A stretch of 57,819 nt of DNA from Trichomonas gallinae. Its lineage: Eukaryota. The stretch spans positions 1 to 57,819 of the forward strand of contig MRSU01004550.1 in NCBI GenBank assembly GCA_008369845.1, in the 5' to 3' direction. A program made the position numbers and the translations under genes. This document shows positions 12,301 to 22,047 of this stretch, in pieces. The notes below the pieces were generated by a model. The model had not been told where the DNA came from and searched no databases. It worked only from the letters and a program-made list of their open reading frames with translations. The stretch's first letter is position 1; the number at the start of each line of letters is the position of its first letter.

Positions 12301-12395
12301 TGACTGTCACAGATCTCAAATCTGCTCTCATCAGGGCTGAAATCAACATTGGATCTAGCACACCTGAAGAATGGCTCGCAAAGCAATTCCAGTGA
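6333..12395 (+). CDS. UBR4: UBR4/p600/BIG-family E3 ubiquitin ligase, C-terminal half homolog
   Basis: Cys cluster CPMC..GICPNCHENIYQCRDCRNINY..FLCSECG; segment QEDFLPGR..MKHIKNKICQDL..MELLVDNNIISLDL..VYEKVW; hemi-RING CVICKE..HFILVHKHCH..EWEAAKVRN..CNALFP. All match the UBR4 C-terminal region as I recall it. First ATG at 6333. Confidence 0.9.
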   Translation: MQKFLLIETNPNSKVPRIQFLLDRISGDKNEGFYKLANSLFNSSNLNPTYSLVALKDIVNLSPLNTNNEYNEEQINPQSSFKWLFLIYSLTVKKLSQDQEIEQGKIEFVFSKFLNYITKSDYSKPFVLPFICGILCTAAHIIDKLEANNFPQNFISDEAYEIFYKLISLEQIPEIEKTIVTSDFSESSILSFCLPLSLEFISPMNVFHDIKSLLATSVIRLLIRILPKALPKNIEQFQYIIQPFAVKSITKQAGEIVLVLLFNGDENAAFCFSDKICYSSLVKVIEELYKTSKQFTTSLSYLDSIRLSKKLKNLQELTVIRPKFWIEYLQEEADLKNILCSLATSGYDQDFIVATVSLLRIGEVKVNHQLILFLLQLLISSSLSVLRDESSKLLLLNYEQVIDEIPNILPEVSNCGSRSETFFSFLKELIPKLGDKATFVLNSIQNSIIQENNSLKKLPNSFIYSQISQYIDLSASYLDTRPCMICNNPEITATRYPLCDIREYIKFTHDQMFVKLNTPLILQSLDLSFYVKKPTRLPRIVKFYVSSQELNDAIELKSDKPQWTHVCDLKFEKDATSATVNLPLSLFATCIQFHYTDFWEEPEGTRQNCPMCHNGTPDPRSGICPNCHENIYQCRDCRNINYGHLDGFLCSECGSSRYVSFETHITAIRSFSHTHICSENECDSCLAKADELLAEAHKYFGQLSLYRKDIDNVISPTNQATVSEKTSKLLDLYNSKCRNVFNQLTQVVQHVCSIRSAVGKYKNRISNTLSHADFNSCYNCRKTYLSKAIGFLGSLTDLMKIEKVDIPKLLIDFADNPLFGPIAINSLTNYCRINTELTNRIIEWFIKSLPNPSHALVNLVCSLEQIDDNQRNSRLKMLVNTLTSCVEYLNTSPSFTPLVFQPVFEAVCKSKLIIRDQNRFTKTVILNSIIKNRKLEKSFNLLELFNNELLITLLIDCNSESVRELMSEMLIETSNLSLNLKRKIFDIVYEIIKSKKDFSDEHLQAYEVLQHILTSNRMIKISAYFSGFFDTITNILESEVNKVVSTEGALVLDLNIGIGIHTLMDLVNVFVHNQAITRFIILKEPEIAEKLIQCYFKLKSLIVQRSKHLDDSINSLKEFAMMMMAKEFILNKDDEIVKPISIIEETNSATQSMDDMFPEDDNGYEDHYDDYGDVEDEEPQPNIPLQNNEPSSPPKKTEEEPQITSENKNGPELMMKAAAHCVKLCPEIAIRELSAIVFPVKVARNVPVIFKKYSSQEDFLPGRLPSSAVMSSKIGTLMKHIKNKICQDLGMLSMIEDDHSMELLVDNNIISLDLNIQDVYEKVWEPHHGNSNMIVVCRIQGFSGEATEPMITSFPREESEEEAPEIKYAYTTVLIESGGLQQLLGAADLPLPQKSLESLSKLLDALVKVPQNLQAMHKMNAVDKLFNLMQRLIEGDDANLFRSILSITSVLINSENPTFTNPDEKIKFIFVSLEKKLVHDNNSLVSPILSLVPRLAAGSKVLMGQVVGIFLEKIKPEGDVNLFEKPVSLFMLNGFAEFACAIPSTPEGNEVRNLLMQHKLIDQGFAYLEKVFPVGLSITSPEWQNGVNEPSVAAVLKLLAGLMRGYEAAQKEFESIRILYMISLSNVASTTNIGEFASQVISSACESPSIVAETIEGIKNKIAQETKNKAQQDREEAIAKAKEGMNNELLEMLNNIGDDTDWECVICKEPPEEHPEAPLYLYVYSNRMGDYNNTATHFILVHKHCHQNTKTTDQRGRRTLDEWEAAKVRNCERPCNALFPLQTPSLSTADYLSSLLSYVSDQCRGPTDVFKAVWFDVTQHIKNFATNTNISFANGGGSVPNVVALIPFLIHAGFVALGENTKPYESKMERMLASGEDPESAASLALWMLNVEEFRAVKEKLLLNHLKADQATTFEKAKKALIFIIFISRAFEMLYNDSGIEAQFKDGNIVVAPKDKQVNAKNVHDLVVDNALNTKNDWIMFGEEMEDEIMTVTDLKSALIRAEINIGSSTPEEWLAKQFQ

Positions 12396-12614
12396 AATTG
12401 ATTTGATTCAATAAAATATTTTTCCAATATCTTTATTTATAATTTAAATCTTTTTTCATAACAGATGGTTTTCGTAATAACGAGAATGGAATTTTTGAAA
12501 TATTAATTTTCCAACTGCCAAAAAAATTGAGATTGGAAACTAGAATTTCAACAGTATACTATATATTCTTTAAAGAAGCTATAATTAAAATATTTATCCA
12601 AAATAGATTTTTTG

Positions 12615-12694
12615 TTTACATGTCAAATTCTTTCATGTAAATATTTCGTTTACGTGTCATATTATGTCATGTAAATATTATGATTTACATGACA
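12615..12694. repeat. Cluster of 5 alternating-orientation TTTACRYGWCA motifs
   Basis: Copies at 12615, 12631 (reverse), 12649, 12665 (reverse) and 12684. Confidence 0.8.
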
Positions 12695-13011
12695 AAATTT
12701 ATGTTTATTTTTCATTTCGGATGATCAAAAGTGTCGTATTTATTTTCAATGATAAAAGTGACTTTTGTTGTATTTATTTAGAATTATTTGCATATATTGC
12801 CAATTAGTATCAACCATTTTATCATCTTTTCAATGCTTTACATCATCAATTCAATGAGAATTATCAAAATATCGAATCTTCATTGAATATATTCTATAAG
12901 ATAACGCAATGTTTTGAGAAAACGCACGATAAATTTAAAATGATAGTCCATGCTAATAGGTTTAGATTATTTAAATATGAAAAAAATCTTACATTTACTT
13001 TTTTTTCTCAA

Positions 13012-14274
13012 ATGGATAATCCGATTTTAATATCAGAGCTTAAGAAGAAGGAAGGGCCATTGGAAATGTGGAAGACTTGTCGTTGCGAATTATACAAGAA
13101 AAACATCGTAATCAAACAAGGCTACGCTAATCCATTAATAAAAAATATCGATTTATCTACAAGATTAGAAGTCAATGAGATCCCATCTAACGTCAGGTAC
13201 CAATTCTCAATCAAAAATCACGATTCTAGGATCTATTTCCTAACAGAAAACAATAATACATTTCATCAATGGGTTGACGCAATTAGATCCATTCTTTTAA
13301 GCAATAGATACCTCACAATGAATGAGTTCACTATCATTTCGACACTTGGAAGAGGATATTTTGGCAAGGTTTTGCTGTGTGAACATAATACAACACACGA
13401 TGTATTCGCGATAAAGACAGTTAAAAAGGCAAGAATAATCAACGAGCACAAGCTCCATACTATATTCGCTGAAAGGAACATCTTAAGCGTCTCTCATCAT
13501 CCTTTTATTGTTTCAATGTATTTCGCTTTCCAAACAGACAAAAAATTCTACATTGGCCTTGAATATGTTCCCGGAGGAGCATTATTCAGGTTCTTGCAAA
13601 TCGGTCGTACGATGAAAATCTCTGAAGTTCGATTTTATGTTGCAGAAGTTGCCTTGGCATTGGATTATTTGCATTCAAAGGGCATTTTATACAGAGACTT
13701 GAAGCTTGAGAATGTTCTCTTGTGCCAAGACGGCCATGTTAAATTGACCGATTTCGGATTATCAAAAATCATGGTTGAAAAAGGAAACTTCCAACAAACA
13801 TCGACATTCTGTGGCACAAACGAGTATCTATCACCTGAAATGATCTCAGATAAACCATATGGTTTCGAAATAGACTGGTGGACACTTGGTGTCTTTACAT
13901 ACGAATTCTTATTCTCAGAAACACCTTTCTACGATAAGAATTTGAAGAAATTATACAATAATATTTTAACAAAAGAACCAAAATTCCCTAAGGAGACTCC
14001 ATCATCTGTAAAGAACTTCATTAGGAGGCTTCTCAACAAGGATCCATCAAAGAGGCCAGGATTCGAAGAAATCAAAAATGATCCATTCTTCGATAACATA
14101 AATTGGGAAGATGTTTACAACAAGAGACTCAAACCACCATATATTCCAAGATCCGTTACAGGAAGACGTGCAACAAACTTCAGCGATAAGAACAAACGCG
14201 ATCGCACTGATTCTGATGCTACATCTGTTGATAATTCACCTGATTTCGACGGATTCTCGTATGCTGCTGATTAA
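13012..14274 (+). CDS. AGC-family Ser/Thr kinase with N-terminal PH domain (Akt/SGK-like)
   Basis: PH-like N-terminus ending HQWVDAIRS; kinase motifs GRGYFGKV, YRDLKLEN, DFG and TFCGTNEY; C-terminal hydrophobic motif FDGFSY. Likely start MDNP at 13012. Confidence 0.93.
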   Translation: MDNPILISELKKKEGPLEMWKTCRCELYKKNIVIKQGYANPLIKNIDLSTRLEVNEIPSNVRYQFSIKNHDSRIYFLTENNNTFHQWVDAIRSILLSNRYLTMNEFTIISTLGRGYFGKVLLCEHNTTHDVFAIKTVKKARIINEHKLHTIFAERNILSVSHHPFIVSMYFAFQTDKKFYIGLEYVPGGALFRFLQIGRTMKISEVRFYVAEVALALDYLHSKGILYRDLKLENVLLCQDGHVKLTDFGLSKIMVEKGNFQQTSTFCGTNEYLSPEMISDKPYGFEIDWWTLGVFTYEFLFSETPFYDKNLKKLYNNILTKEPKFPKETPSSVKNFIRRLLNKDPSKRPGFEEIKNDPFFDNINWEDVYNKRLKPPYIPRSVTGRRATNFSDKNKRDRTDSDATSVDNSPDFDGFSYAAD

Positions 14275-14701
14275 TTCATTTCTAATATATTGTTTTTTTT
14301 ATTATTTTGTTTCATATTGTAATAAATATATTATATCTTCCATCTGTATGTAATATATCTCAACTCCATTGTGTTTATACTCTAATTTTAAATCTGAACT
14401 AAAATAAATTTGGAAAATATCTAGATACATTTGATTATTCAATTTTAATATTATAATATTAATATATTCATTCTTATAATGATTAATGACATGAAATTAC
14501 ACAATGATGTCGATAAAATATTTTATCAAATATAAAAACCTTAAATATGAACTTTGTACTCAAAAATTTGTGCATTTTTCAGTTAAAAATGCTGATTTAT
14601 TCTGATAAATTTTGAATTTTTTTGAAAATTAAATTATAATTTTTATAATAGTAAAACTGATTGATGAAAGAAGTGTGATTATAAAAATAAAGTAAAGTTT
14701 A

Positions 14702-16537
14702 TTAAATACGGAATCTTGAGGCATTCTGGAGGATATCGTTTGCCTTGCGGAGAGCAGTGAGTGCATCCTGGCACTTCTTTCTGTTCTTTGTGATGTTAGG
14801 ATCTTCACGCATGATCTCGTTGGCCATTCCAGAAGCAAGAATCTTCTTAAGAAGTGTTTCATTGAGTGTCTCTGAGCTACCATCGACAAGCATCATGATA
14901 ACAGCCTTTGGAATAACATCGACGATCTGTGTCTTGACGAGCTCGAAGTAGCGGGAAGCGAGAGCAACTAATGTTCTTGCAACTTCTTCAGCTTCCTGCT
15001 TTTCATCCTTCTTTGTTGGCTTGTTATCGCGGTTCTGGCGTTCCTGGATGATAGCAGCACCTCTGAAGTCGTGGCGAGCTGTGTTGATGAAAATCATTTC
15101 ATTATCCATAACATCGTTAACGAACTTAACTGTTGGTTCTACGCAGGAGTTAACCAAATCTTCGACGACATTGCGAATGGAATCCTTCATCGCTGGATAT
15201 TTTTCTAATTCTGGGAAAATAACGTTAGCATGGATCTGAAGGATTTCGTTAGCGACAAGGGTGATTGATTTAAGGGCTGGAGCACGGAGCTTCTCGATTT
15301 GGCGGCGGATTAAAGATTCGAATGCTTGTGTTGGAACATAAAGTGGGGTTCTAACACCAGCCTGGTTGATAATAAGATTGCAAACATCCTTTAAGTCTAA
15401 TTCGGTAATTGGTGAGATCTCATTTACCATTTTTTCGTATTGGTCCATGAAAATACGGTTAATTCTGGCACCACCACGAAGTTCGTTATCAATCTTGTTA
15501 CCAACTTTACCTGCAATGAGGTTTTCGTAGCCTGTAACGTATTTCTGGATGATTGTCATAATTAACTCGTTTGGATTTAATCCTCCCTGTGTTGGATCTT
15601 CACCATAGCGCTCGAGTTCGCGCTCTCTATCGACAATGAGGGAAGAAACGCGTGTCTTTAGTGCTGGAAGTGATTTCTTGATATGATCGACAAGAAGTCT
15701 GTTAAGAGTTGTTGAAAGAACCTTTGTGGTGCATCTGTCAAGAAGGTTCTTGTAGGATGGATGGTGCTCAAAGAATTCGAGCTCAGCTCTCATGGCGTCT
15801 TTCATCGGTCTCTTATTATCAATATCACGTTGAGATCTGTTAACGACAGCGATGTAGCCGAGCTTGAGTGGCTTAACTTCGCCTCTGAGAATTGCAGCGC
15901 AGTCTGTTCCTGCGTCCATTAAATCGACTTTTGTAAGAACACCGATTGTACGGTCGCCGTTCGGGTCAACCTGAGAGGCCAAAAGAAGGGAGTCGGAGTT
16001 CGCAAGATCTTGGTTCGCTGGTGTGACGGCGAGAATTAAGGATGAAGGTCTCATGGCAAACTGCTCAACCATGCCATGAATCATTTCGACGACATCAGCG
16101 TCCTGGCCAGCGACAGCAACCTTGGTCAAACCTGGCAAATCGACCATTGTAAGATTTGGAACAGCAGAATCGCGAATGCAGAGATTGATTGGCTGTGATG
16201 AAACGTTTTTATTATTTCCTGTGGTTCTGTCTGTTTCAGCTTGAATTTCGTCGCGCATGTCTGTAAAACTCTTGAATTTTTTGCCTGGAGCGTGTAAGAA
16301 CTCACCGTATTGTTCTTCATTTGGTCCTGTGTGAATCAATTGGAGGACGAGCGGTCTTCTTGTAACGATGCCAGCGCCACGAGGCAAGAAATCTCTGCCT
16401 ACGATAGCCTCGAGCACAGAAGACTTGCCAGAGCTTTGGCAACCGACGACGATGATTTGTGGAAGATCAACGAGGTCACCACCAGCTGTGTTAAAGACAT
16501 TCTGGAGGTCATTGATCAGAGGAATGACGGCATCCAT
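14702..16537 (-). CDS. Dynamin-related GTPase (Vps1/Drp1-like)
   Basis: LPQIIVVGCQSSGKSS, LPRGAGIVTRRP, DLPG and TKVD motifs, middle domain and GED; no PH or proline-rich domain. Start MDAVIPL at 16537. Confidence 0.96.
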   Translation of the reverse strand: MDAVIPLINDLQNVFNTAGGDLVDLPQIIVVGCQSSGKSSVLEAIVGRDFLPRGAGIVTRRPLVLQLIHTGPNEEQYGEFLHAPGKKFKSFTDMRDEIQAETDRTTGNNKNVSSQPINLCIRDSAVPNLTMVDLPGLTKVAVAGQDADVVEMIHGMVEQFAMRPSSLILAVTPANQDLANSDSLLLASQVDPNGDRTIGVLTKVDLMDAGTDCAAILRGEVKPLKLGYIAVVNRSQRDIDNKRPMKDAMRAELEFFEHHPSYKNLLDRCTTKVLSTTLNRLLVDHIKKSLPALKTRVSSLIVDRERELERYGEDPTQGGLNPNELIMTIIQKYVTGYENLIAGKVGNKIDNELRGGARINRIFMDQYEKMVNEISPITELDLKDVCNLIINQAGVRTPLYVPTQAFESLIRRQIEKLRAPALKSITLVANEILQIHANVIFPELEKYPAMKDSIRNVVEDLVNSCVEPTVKFVNDVMDNEMIFINTARHDFRGAAIIQERQNRDNKPTKKDEKQEAEEVARTLVALASRYFELVKTQIVDVIPKAVIMMLVDGSSETLNETLLKKILASGMANEIMREDPNITKNRKKCQDALTALRKANDILQNASRFRI

Positions 16538-18041
16538 TTTTAGCTTTTTATCGTACTTTTTTTGCAAAAAATAAATCGGCCTGATTTTTTGTTTTTTATT
16601 CTTCTTGTCTGTTATTTTACTTGTATTCTTAACCAAAAATGGAAATATTTTTAAATGACACATAGATTGGTTTTATGATATGTAAAGTAAGAATTGAAAA
16701 GAATTTTGACTTTTTAAGACATTTTTGACATGTAAAATTTAATCTTTTTTGTTTTTATTAGCAGCCAAATATCCTCTTATTTTCCTGACTTATATCACTT
16801 ACCTACAATCTCTCCTCATCCATAAGATTTAACCCACTACAGCTTTACTCTATTAATCATTAAAATATATTGACCTTATTAAAATAATCGACATATATAG
16901 CCCATTTTAAAAATATTCAATTCCTTATCCTATAAGTAGATATATTTTATTATTAAGTTTGGCCAAATTTGAAAATAAATAAAGCGGCCATTCTAATTTC
17001 TGTGATAAGTGTAGCACTAATTGATTCCTTAATATGTGACTGTGGATTGTAAAATGGATGCATAACGATTACTAAGATAACTCAACATTTTAAATTATTT
17101 TCCAAAAAAATTGTCAATAAATAAGCTATTTTCGACTTAGATATCTATTGTGTGTACATTTAAATAGCCTTTTGCATTAGATAACTGAGAAAAACTGCCA
17201 AAAAAGATTTTTCAATCAATTTGAATTTGTCTATTTCAACTTATAATGCTATAATTATTGCCTATATAGATTTTTATATTATTTCTCAAAGTATAAAGAA
17301 GAATTATATAATTAGAATTGATTTTTCGAAATGACGTCTATAATTAACAAAGCGAGGTATATTATATCATGTTTGTCTATAAAAGTAACAAATAATATAG
17401 TTTGAGATCCCATTTTGCTATATATTCATTAAATTTGATTCATCACTTTTTTTTGTTGATTTGTTTTTAGCGGACAAAACTATAATAACCATTATATGTG
17501 ATACCAAACCTAATAAATAGTAAATAAAAGCGTAAGGGTGGTTGATGCATTACAACATTATTTGTATCAAAAAAAACGAGGGGTTGACAAAATAAACCAT
17601 GATCCCTGCCTCAATTTTTTTCAATGGAACATAAAAAATCGCTCTCAATTTTTTTGAGTCGAAAACATTTAGTGCTCAGATAATGCAATTGTCTGTAAAA
17701 ATACTATTTATTCTGTTAATCATTTTATTGTCGAATAAAGTGATTATAATTAATATTTAGACAATTATACATATAAATAATTTATCAAAATTAAATAATA
17801 TTAAATTGATAGATAACCGCAAAGATGACATGGAAAGAATTTCTCAATTCCGATTTACATGAAATAATTGATGCTTATAGGTATATATCCATATTATGAC
17901 AAAATATATCGTATATGAATCTCACTTCACATTCGGTTCGATTTTTTATAATTTCAAGTACAGATTAATGTACTCATGAAAATAAGTAAAAATTATTTTG
18001 CAAAGAAAAAAGAAAATGTATGAAAATTGATATTGAGCTTT

Positions 18042-18051
18042 TCACTTCATT
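18042..18051 (+). promoter_or_regulatory. Initiator (Inr)-like elements of the profilin gene
   Basis: Tandem TCACT and TCATT about 12-21 nt before ATG 18063, typical of trichomonad core promoters. Confidence 0.6.
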
Positions 18052-18062
18052 TCCATCTAAAG

Positions 18063-18431
18063 ATGTCTTGGAGCGATCAGCTTGTTACACTTAAGACAGA
18101 GTCCTCTGGCTGCGCCATCATCACACAGCAGGGTGCCCTCTGCGCCAAGGAAGGCAACTGGAAGGCCAAGCAGGACGAAATGCAGAAGTACACAACATAC
18201 TTCGCTGAGCCATCCCCAGCCCTCTCCGGCTTCCAGTATGGTGGCGAGAAGTTCATCTGCAACCAGGCTAACAACGAGATGGTCTTCGCCATGAAGGGTG
18301 CTCAGGCTGTTGTCCTTCAGAAGACAAAGACACTCATCGTCGCTGGCTACACAGATGGCAAGTTCCACCCAGCTGCTCTCTCTGCCTCTGTCGGCAAAGT
18401 TGCTCAATACCTTACACAATCTAACCTCTAA
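18063..18431 (+). CDS. Profilin
   Basis: MSW N-terminus, CAIITQQG, GFQYGGEKFIC, QKTKTLIVAGY and KVAQYLTQSNL; 122 aa; strong codon bias; stop lies within TAAA. Confidence 0.9.
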   Translation: MSWSDQLVTLKTESSGCAIITQQGALCAKEGNWKAKQDEMQKYTTYFAEPSPALSGFQYGGEKFICNQANNEMVFAMKGAQAVVLQKTKTLIVAGYTDGKFHPAALSASVGKVAQYLTQSNL

Positions 18432-19330
18432 ACAATTTTCCACGGAAATTCACTACGACAATTAGCTTTATTTTTTCTATCTTACACTTATCTACATATA
18501 ATTATGATTTTTCACGAGAAGTAATTTTATGCATAATTATTTTACAAGCTCTATATCATGTATATCATATATAATCGCCACAGTATAGCTAATACTGCTG
18601 TAATGGGCTGAGCATTTATGTTGAATGTCCATTGATTCAATGGATAAATTAAATTTTTTGTAACCAAGTCTTTGCATAGCATCCTACATTGGGGAAATTT
18701 AATGTTAAAGCTATATTATATCATATACCCCGTTTTGTACAAATTATTTATAACTCATATAATTTCTTAAAGCATAATGAGGATCCTAGCATATGAATAA
18801 TCACATGCGCTTCCAAGAATTAAATAACTATAGATTATCATTACAATCGCATGCAAAATTTATTTTTTTTATTATTGATTAGCAATGACATTTGATTCAT
18901 ATATTACCATTTTCATTATGTTGTATTAAGTTTATCTTATTACTAAATTAATGCATAGCTATTATTGATATAAAATCAAACATTTGAAATATATGTTTTT
19001 TCATAATACTCAGCTCAAAACGATATTACTATCATGATTCAATGATGTTTATTACTTTTATGAATCTCAATTTTTAATTTTTGAATTTTGATAATTTTAT
19101 ATGTAAAAGCTTAAAATAATTATAAAATTAGGAATATGTCTATATACTTTAAAAACCGGATATGATAACATATCATTCATCAATTCTATTGTTGACACAA
19201 ATATATAATGATTATGAATCAATGAAATTAAATTTTTTTGCATAATTCAAAATTATTTCCTGAAAGTTAGTTCACTGTCTATAATTTAAAAACTAATTCA
19301 GATTGATATGAGAGTTGAAATGTTTTGGGT

Positions 19331-19827
19331 TTAATTGGTTTCGAATATATGCAAAGAGAATGTTGTTCGATGATTTGACATAGTGGTGTGTATAAAAATA
19401 AAACTAAAAGTGTTGCAGTAAATGATTGTAAGTTTTGTTTTTCTAACTATTGAAAACGGTTTCCCTTTTCCGTATTCGCCAAGGACTGTGCAGTTTTCGA
19501 CAAAGAGTTCTGAAGTAGTATCAATACAACCTAATGTATTGGTATCCTGTGAATTGTTTACACAATTGCAGAAGTAGTCGTGAAACACTCCAGAATAATA
19601 AGCAAGGCAAACCCATTCACTTGCTATGTTATTTTCGAATGTAGAAAAGTTGACAATGCAGCACCCACATGGACTATTAATACTAAACCATAATTTGAAA
19701 TTAACAAAATCATTTCTAAATAAGACTTCAAATGTTCAAAGCTAGAGTATTGTGGAGTTGCTGTTAATGATTGTAAGTTTGACTCCATAATGAAATAAAT
19801 ATAATTCTCAGTTTTAGTATTCACCAA
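19331..19827 (-). pseudogene. Decayed remnant of a Cys/Asn-rich beta-helix-like protein family
   Basis: Fragment FCNCVNNSQDTNTLGCID..LFVENCTVLG resembles the family at 48056-48972. Broken into short ORFs with no ATG start. Confidence 0.45.
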
Positions 19828-20156
19828 GATCCTATTTGATCAAAGTATAATTCATCAGAATAATTTGTATCCTCTGACTTATTTATATAATGTGAAATAA
19901 GTCATATTCATGACTTAGACAAGACTATCTAAAAGCTTTTGTGTTTTCAAATGTTAAGAATTTAATAATACAACATTCACTGAGAATGTCTATAAATAAT
20001 GGCATTGATGAAAAAATCCACAAATTCCTTTTCATTAAGCGCATATATATATTTGAAATTTTTCATAAATAGTTGATATTCTTTCGAGAAATATACATAT
20101 TGATAAATGTAATTTTATCGTTAACGATTTAAGTATTTGAAGCTCGATTTCACGAA

Positions 20157-21545
20157 TTATATAAACAATGTATAACCAAAATTGAAGCAGAATGAATGAA
20201 GAAAGATTTTGAAAAATTTGGGATTAAGAATTAATGCATCTATTACATATGTGCGATTCACAGGGCAAACATTAAAGAATGAATTTTTTGGCAATCCGAC
20301 TTCGATTAACTTGCTTTTCACGATTTCATCATTACCTTCGATGATAATACAATTTGGATATGTTCTACTAAAAGCATATCTGTTTATAGATATTAATGTT
20401 TTTGGGATAAATATGGTTTTGAGATTTTTACATGAATAAAAACAATTGAATTCAAGATTTTGTGTATTTTTCAATACTATCCTTTTTAACTTATTTGCAT
20501 TATAAATCGATTCACTTCCAATTATGGAACAATTTATTTCGATCTCTGTTGCAGGGGAATCTGATGCATATAAAATTAATTTTTCATATTTTGTATCTAT
20601 AAGCATATAATTGTAGGCTTTGTAATTTTCTGAATCAAAGATGGAAATAGATTTAACATGATCACAATAATTAAATACATTGCTACCTAATTTAGTCAAA
20701 TTACATAGACATATCTGAGAAAGTTTTTTGCAACTATAGAATGCTGAATCTTCAATCTCATTAACTGTAATATTTAATGAAATAATTGAAGAAAATGAGA
20801 AAGCAGAATCTTTGATTGACATTAATCTTTTAATGCAAACATTTTTCAATGAATAACATTTCCAAAAAGCACCACTTCCTATTGTATCAATTTCTCCCTC
20901 AAGAGTCAAATTTTGTATCGTTTTCGATCTACACCAGCAAATTGTTCTGTTATTATCACTATACAAAAAATCATCTTTTTCATAAAGGTATGGATTCCTT
21001 GGATCTAGTACCCAATAAGCTGTAGGCCCCAAACCTGATATTTTAGATAGATTTTTTGGTAAATATAAACTTTTAATATTACAGAAATATAATGCATTTT
21101 TATCAATTGTTTGAAGCAGTGAGTCATTTTTTATTTCAAATGATGTTAATTCAGAACAAAAAGCAAATGATAATTCACCTAAAGTTTTTACTGAAGATGG
21201 CAATGAAACATTCGGTATTTTGTGGTCACTAAAAAATGCTGACTTTTCAATAGTTTCAAGGTTATCTGGTAATTTTAGTAATACAGCACTAGGACAATTA
21301 TAGAAAGCGTTATTTCCTATTGTTTTGAGATTAGTACAGGGCGATAAATCAATTATTTCAAGAAGTTTACATGACGCAAAAGCGCTTTCTGAAATAATTG
21401 TTAACTGTGGATCTCCTATGAATGAAAAGGATTTTAATCTATCTTGACAATATTGAAAACAGCGAGATCCAATTTCTGTTACATCGCTTTGGATTTGATA
21501 TGTTTCGGAATTCTTTGGGACATCATTATATGTTAGTGTTGGCAC
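20157..21545 (-). pseudogene. BspA-like LRR surface protein, long open body without an in-frame ATG start
   Basis: More than 10 TpLRR repeats (IGSRCFQYC, ISESAFASC, IGNNAFYNC, IEKSAFFS). The frame begins at GTG directly after TGA (21546-21548) and the first Met is about 240 codons in. A signal-like leader (TTG)FSILLLS at 21567 is in another frame. Confidence 0.7.
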
Positions 21546-21637
21546 TCAGAAGAAGAATAGAAAACAAATTATGAACTAAATTTGAGAATATCTTAAGAAT
21601 CGTATAGATACTGTTCAATATTCATAAAATGGCAATC

Positions 21638-21733
21638 TTTACATGTCAAAAAATTATAATTCAGTGCATTACATGACATTCTATTTACTTGTCAAAAATT
21701 TGTTATATTTTGACAAGTAAAATTTACGTGTCA
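21638..21733. repeat. Cluster of 5 TTTACRYGWCA-like motifs, including a 14-bp inverted repeat
   Basis: Copies at 21638, 21668, 21684, 21711 (reverse) and 21723. TTTACTTGTCAAAA (21684-21697) pairs with TTTTGACAAGTAAA (21708-21721). Confidence 0.8.
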
Positions 21734-21771
21734 TTTTTGAAAATGAAATTTTGTCACTTTCCTACAATAGG

Positions 21772-22047
21772 ATGGGAATTGCTTTGAGTTGTTGCAAAAG
21801 TGATACCCCTGATGCCCTGAAAGATGACCCTCGTGCTGCTTTAAGGGCTGGAGGTAGAATTCAAGTTAAAAAGAATGACAATGAAGACCCACACGCTCCG
21901 TTATTAATGAAAACGCCTAATACTCCGAAATCTAAAGAAAACGAGTTGATAGATCAAGAGCTTGATGCGTATGTTCAGGCCCTTTCTAGTGGATCTGATT
22001 CTCCGATGGATCCGAAAGATTGGGACAAAGCTCTTGACGATAATTAA
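21772..22047 (+). CDS. Small protein with predicted N-myristoylation and palmitoylation
   Basis: MGIALSCC N-terminus (G2, S6, Cys pair); Inr-like TCACT at 21754; 91 aa, mostly low complexity. Confidence 0.75.
   Translation: MGIALSCCKSDTPDALKDDPRAALRAGGRIQVKKNDNEDPHAPLLMKTPNTPKSKENELIDQELDAYVQALSSGSDSPMDPKDWDKALDDN

Noticed and set aside
12883..13011. N-terminal extensions given by the ORF track (also 16538-16663, 29361-29405, 31237-31362, 6300-6332)
   Set aside because: AT-rich, UTR/promoter-like sequence upstream of where family similarity begins; several start at TTG or GTG.
18057..18443. Antisense and alternative-frame ORFs over profilin, and similarly over UBR4, dynamin, CBF5, RPSA, pdxK and the 1530-aa gene
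   Set aside because: By-products of strong codon bias in the real genes; no recognisable domains.
19875..19904. 10-bp inverted repeat TGACTTATTT/AAATAAGTCA
   Set aside because: Mostly A/T and isolated; plausible by chance.
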